Below are positions 62,599 through 64,000 of a stretch of DNA of 64,000 nt, one piece after another. Source of the stretch: an uncultured virus (IMG/VR IMGVR_UViG_3300048905_000045). Its lineage: Duplodnaviria > Heunggongvirae > Uroviricota > Caudoviricetes. The stretch lies in the IMG/VR virus record IMGVR_UViG_3300048905_000045. One strand, 5' to 3'. A model generated the notes under the pieces. The model made no database searches. It was not told the DNA's origin and was given only the letters and a program-made list of their open reading frames with translations. Position numbers and translations under genes: made by a program. The stretch's first letter is position 1. Every line of letters starts with the position of its first letter.

Positions 62599-64000
62599 GT
62601 GTCCATGCAAAGCCCCCGCGATCTGCGCGAATGGCAGAAGATTATTGAGCGTGGGGTAAAGACCGCCAATCGCGGAATACCTATCGCGATTGCTCACGCC
62701 AATGACAAGGCGGCGGAGGTCCACGACGAGGTTGAGACCTACAAAGACCTGACACCGGCGGCCCCTATCGAGGTCACCTTCCAGACTCTCATCTACACCG
62801 ACCCCAACAAGCGCCAGCGCGGCACCGCAACGTTCGACTTCCCCGACGTCGTGTTCGCCACGAACGGCACGCCGATCAGCGTGGACCGCTACGAAATCTT
62901 CGGTCAGGATCAGGGCGTCAACCCGCTCCAGCCGTTCCGCCTGATGAACACCTCGACGGCGTCCAGCATCACCGTCACGGACCTGAAGCCCGGCTCGGTG
63001 TGGAAGTTCCGCATCCGCGCGCTCAGCGCCAGCATCATCAAGCCCGGCCTGTTCTCCCCGGACTACTCCGTTACCGTCACGGCGGACACCACGCCCCCGC
63101 CGCAAACCTCCGCGCCGGTCGCCACCGCAATCTCCGGCGGCGTCAAGGTCACATGGGACGGGCTTGCCGCGGGCGGCGGAGTCATGCCCGGCGACTTCGA
63201 CTACACCGAGGTCGCCTTCGGCATGGCCGCCTCACCCACGGCGGTCATCGACAGGTTCTACGGCGCATCCTTCACCATCGTCCCGAAGACCTCCTACAAC
63301 ACCACGCACTACTTCCGGCTCCGCGCCGTGGACACCTCCGGCAACCCCGGGCCTTGGTCTGTGCAGGCGACCGCCATCCCGGTGCCGCTGGTGGATGTGG
63401 ACGTCATCCTCGCCCACCTCGACGGCGCCGTCACCGAAATCACCAACATCGGCGCGGAAGCAATCAAGACCGGCGCGATCACCAACGCGAAGCTGGCGCT
63501 GAACGCTGTCGCCCAGAACAACCTTCAGGACCAGATCGTCTCCCTCGGGAAGCTGGACACGGCGACCAACGCGAAAATCCAGAAGGGTGTCGATGACGCC
63601 TTCACCGCGCAGGCCGCCGCGAACGCCGCCGACGGCAAGGCGGGAACCGCCATCAGCAATGCCGCCGCCGCCGACACCAAGGCAGGGAACGCCCAGACCG
63701 CCGCCGACGCGGCCCGTGCCGTCGCCGACGCAAAGCTCGCGGCCGGGGTCGCGCTGACCCTGAACGGCAACTTCGACGCCACCCCGATCACGTCCCCGCC
63801 GCTGGGCTGGCCGTTCCGGGTGCTGTCCGTGGTCCAGCCCTCGGCGACCACGGCCCGCTCGGGCACCAACGTGCTCAAATGCTCGCCGACCACCTCCACC
63901 ATCGCCTACGCCTACACCGACTACGTCGCCTCCGCGACCGGCCGGACCTTCTACATCGAATACTGGGCCCGGCTCGATCAGCCGCTGGTGGCCGGAAACG
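62599..64000 (+). CDS. Large minor tail protein with FN3-like domains, 3'-truncated (not in the ORF track)
   Basis: Open to the window end; 'DLKPGSVWKFRIRA', 'DTTPP', 'YFRLRAVDTSGN.GPWS'. Confidence 0.88.
   Translation, partial: MSMQSPRDLREWQKIIERGVKTANRGIPIAIAHANDKAAEVHDEVETYKDLTPAAPIEVTFQTLIYTDPNKRQRGTATFDFPDVVFATNGTPISVDRYEIFGQDQGVNPLQPFRLMNTSTASSITVTDLKPGSVWKFRIRALSASIIKPGLFSPDYSVTVTADTTPPPQTSAPVATAISGGVKVTWDGLAAGGGVMPGDFDYTEVAFGMAASPTAVIDRFYGASFTIVPKTSYNTTHYFRLRAVDTSGNPGPWSVQATAIPVPLVDVDVILAHLDGAVTEITNIGAEAIKTGAITNAKLALNAVAQNNLQDQIVSLGKLDTATNAKIQKGVDDAFTAQAAANAADGKAGTAISNAAAADTKAGNAQTAADAARAVADAKLAAGVALTLNGNFDATPITSPPLGWPFRVLSVVQPSATTARSGTNVLKCSPTTSTIAYAYTDYVASATGRTFYIEYWARLDQPLVAGN

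Overview
Nearly complete genome of a high-GC, long-tailed (siphovirus-type) actinobacteriophage, shown rotated so that the window starts and ends inside what is probably one giant tail gene. The layout resembles Arthrobacter cluster AP / mycobacteriophage cluster B-like phages, which is an inference. The + strand carries the virion and lysis arm (35.4-64 kb and 1-5.6 kb): ParB-like protein, terminase, portal, MuF/2H-phosphoesterase/protease fusion, two capsid proteins, major tail, GDPD, endolysin, frameshifted tail chaperones, tape measure, minor tails and holin-like genes. The - strand carries the early/replication arm (5.7-34.6 kb): RusA, Cas4-like nuclease, Rad52-like annealase, dUTPase, HNH, primase-helicase, initiator, SSB and about 50 small genes. 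I found no integrase, DNA polymerase or canonical tRNA. Main unexplained signals: (1) 33 copies of a 16-bp palindrome TGACGAC(CG/TG/CA)GTCGTCA that delimit early genes like cassettes and also sit inside coding sequences; (2) a replication initiator split by three in-frame stops across an iteron array; (3) two tandem, mutually similar structured non-coding elements between the Rad52-like and Cas4-like genes; (4) a tRNA-like structured element at the divergence point; (5) a coding-looking in-frame extension after the major tail amber stop; (6) a DnaA-box triplet. All counts and coordinates were read by eye and no database searches were run.
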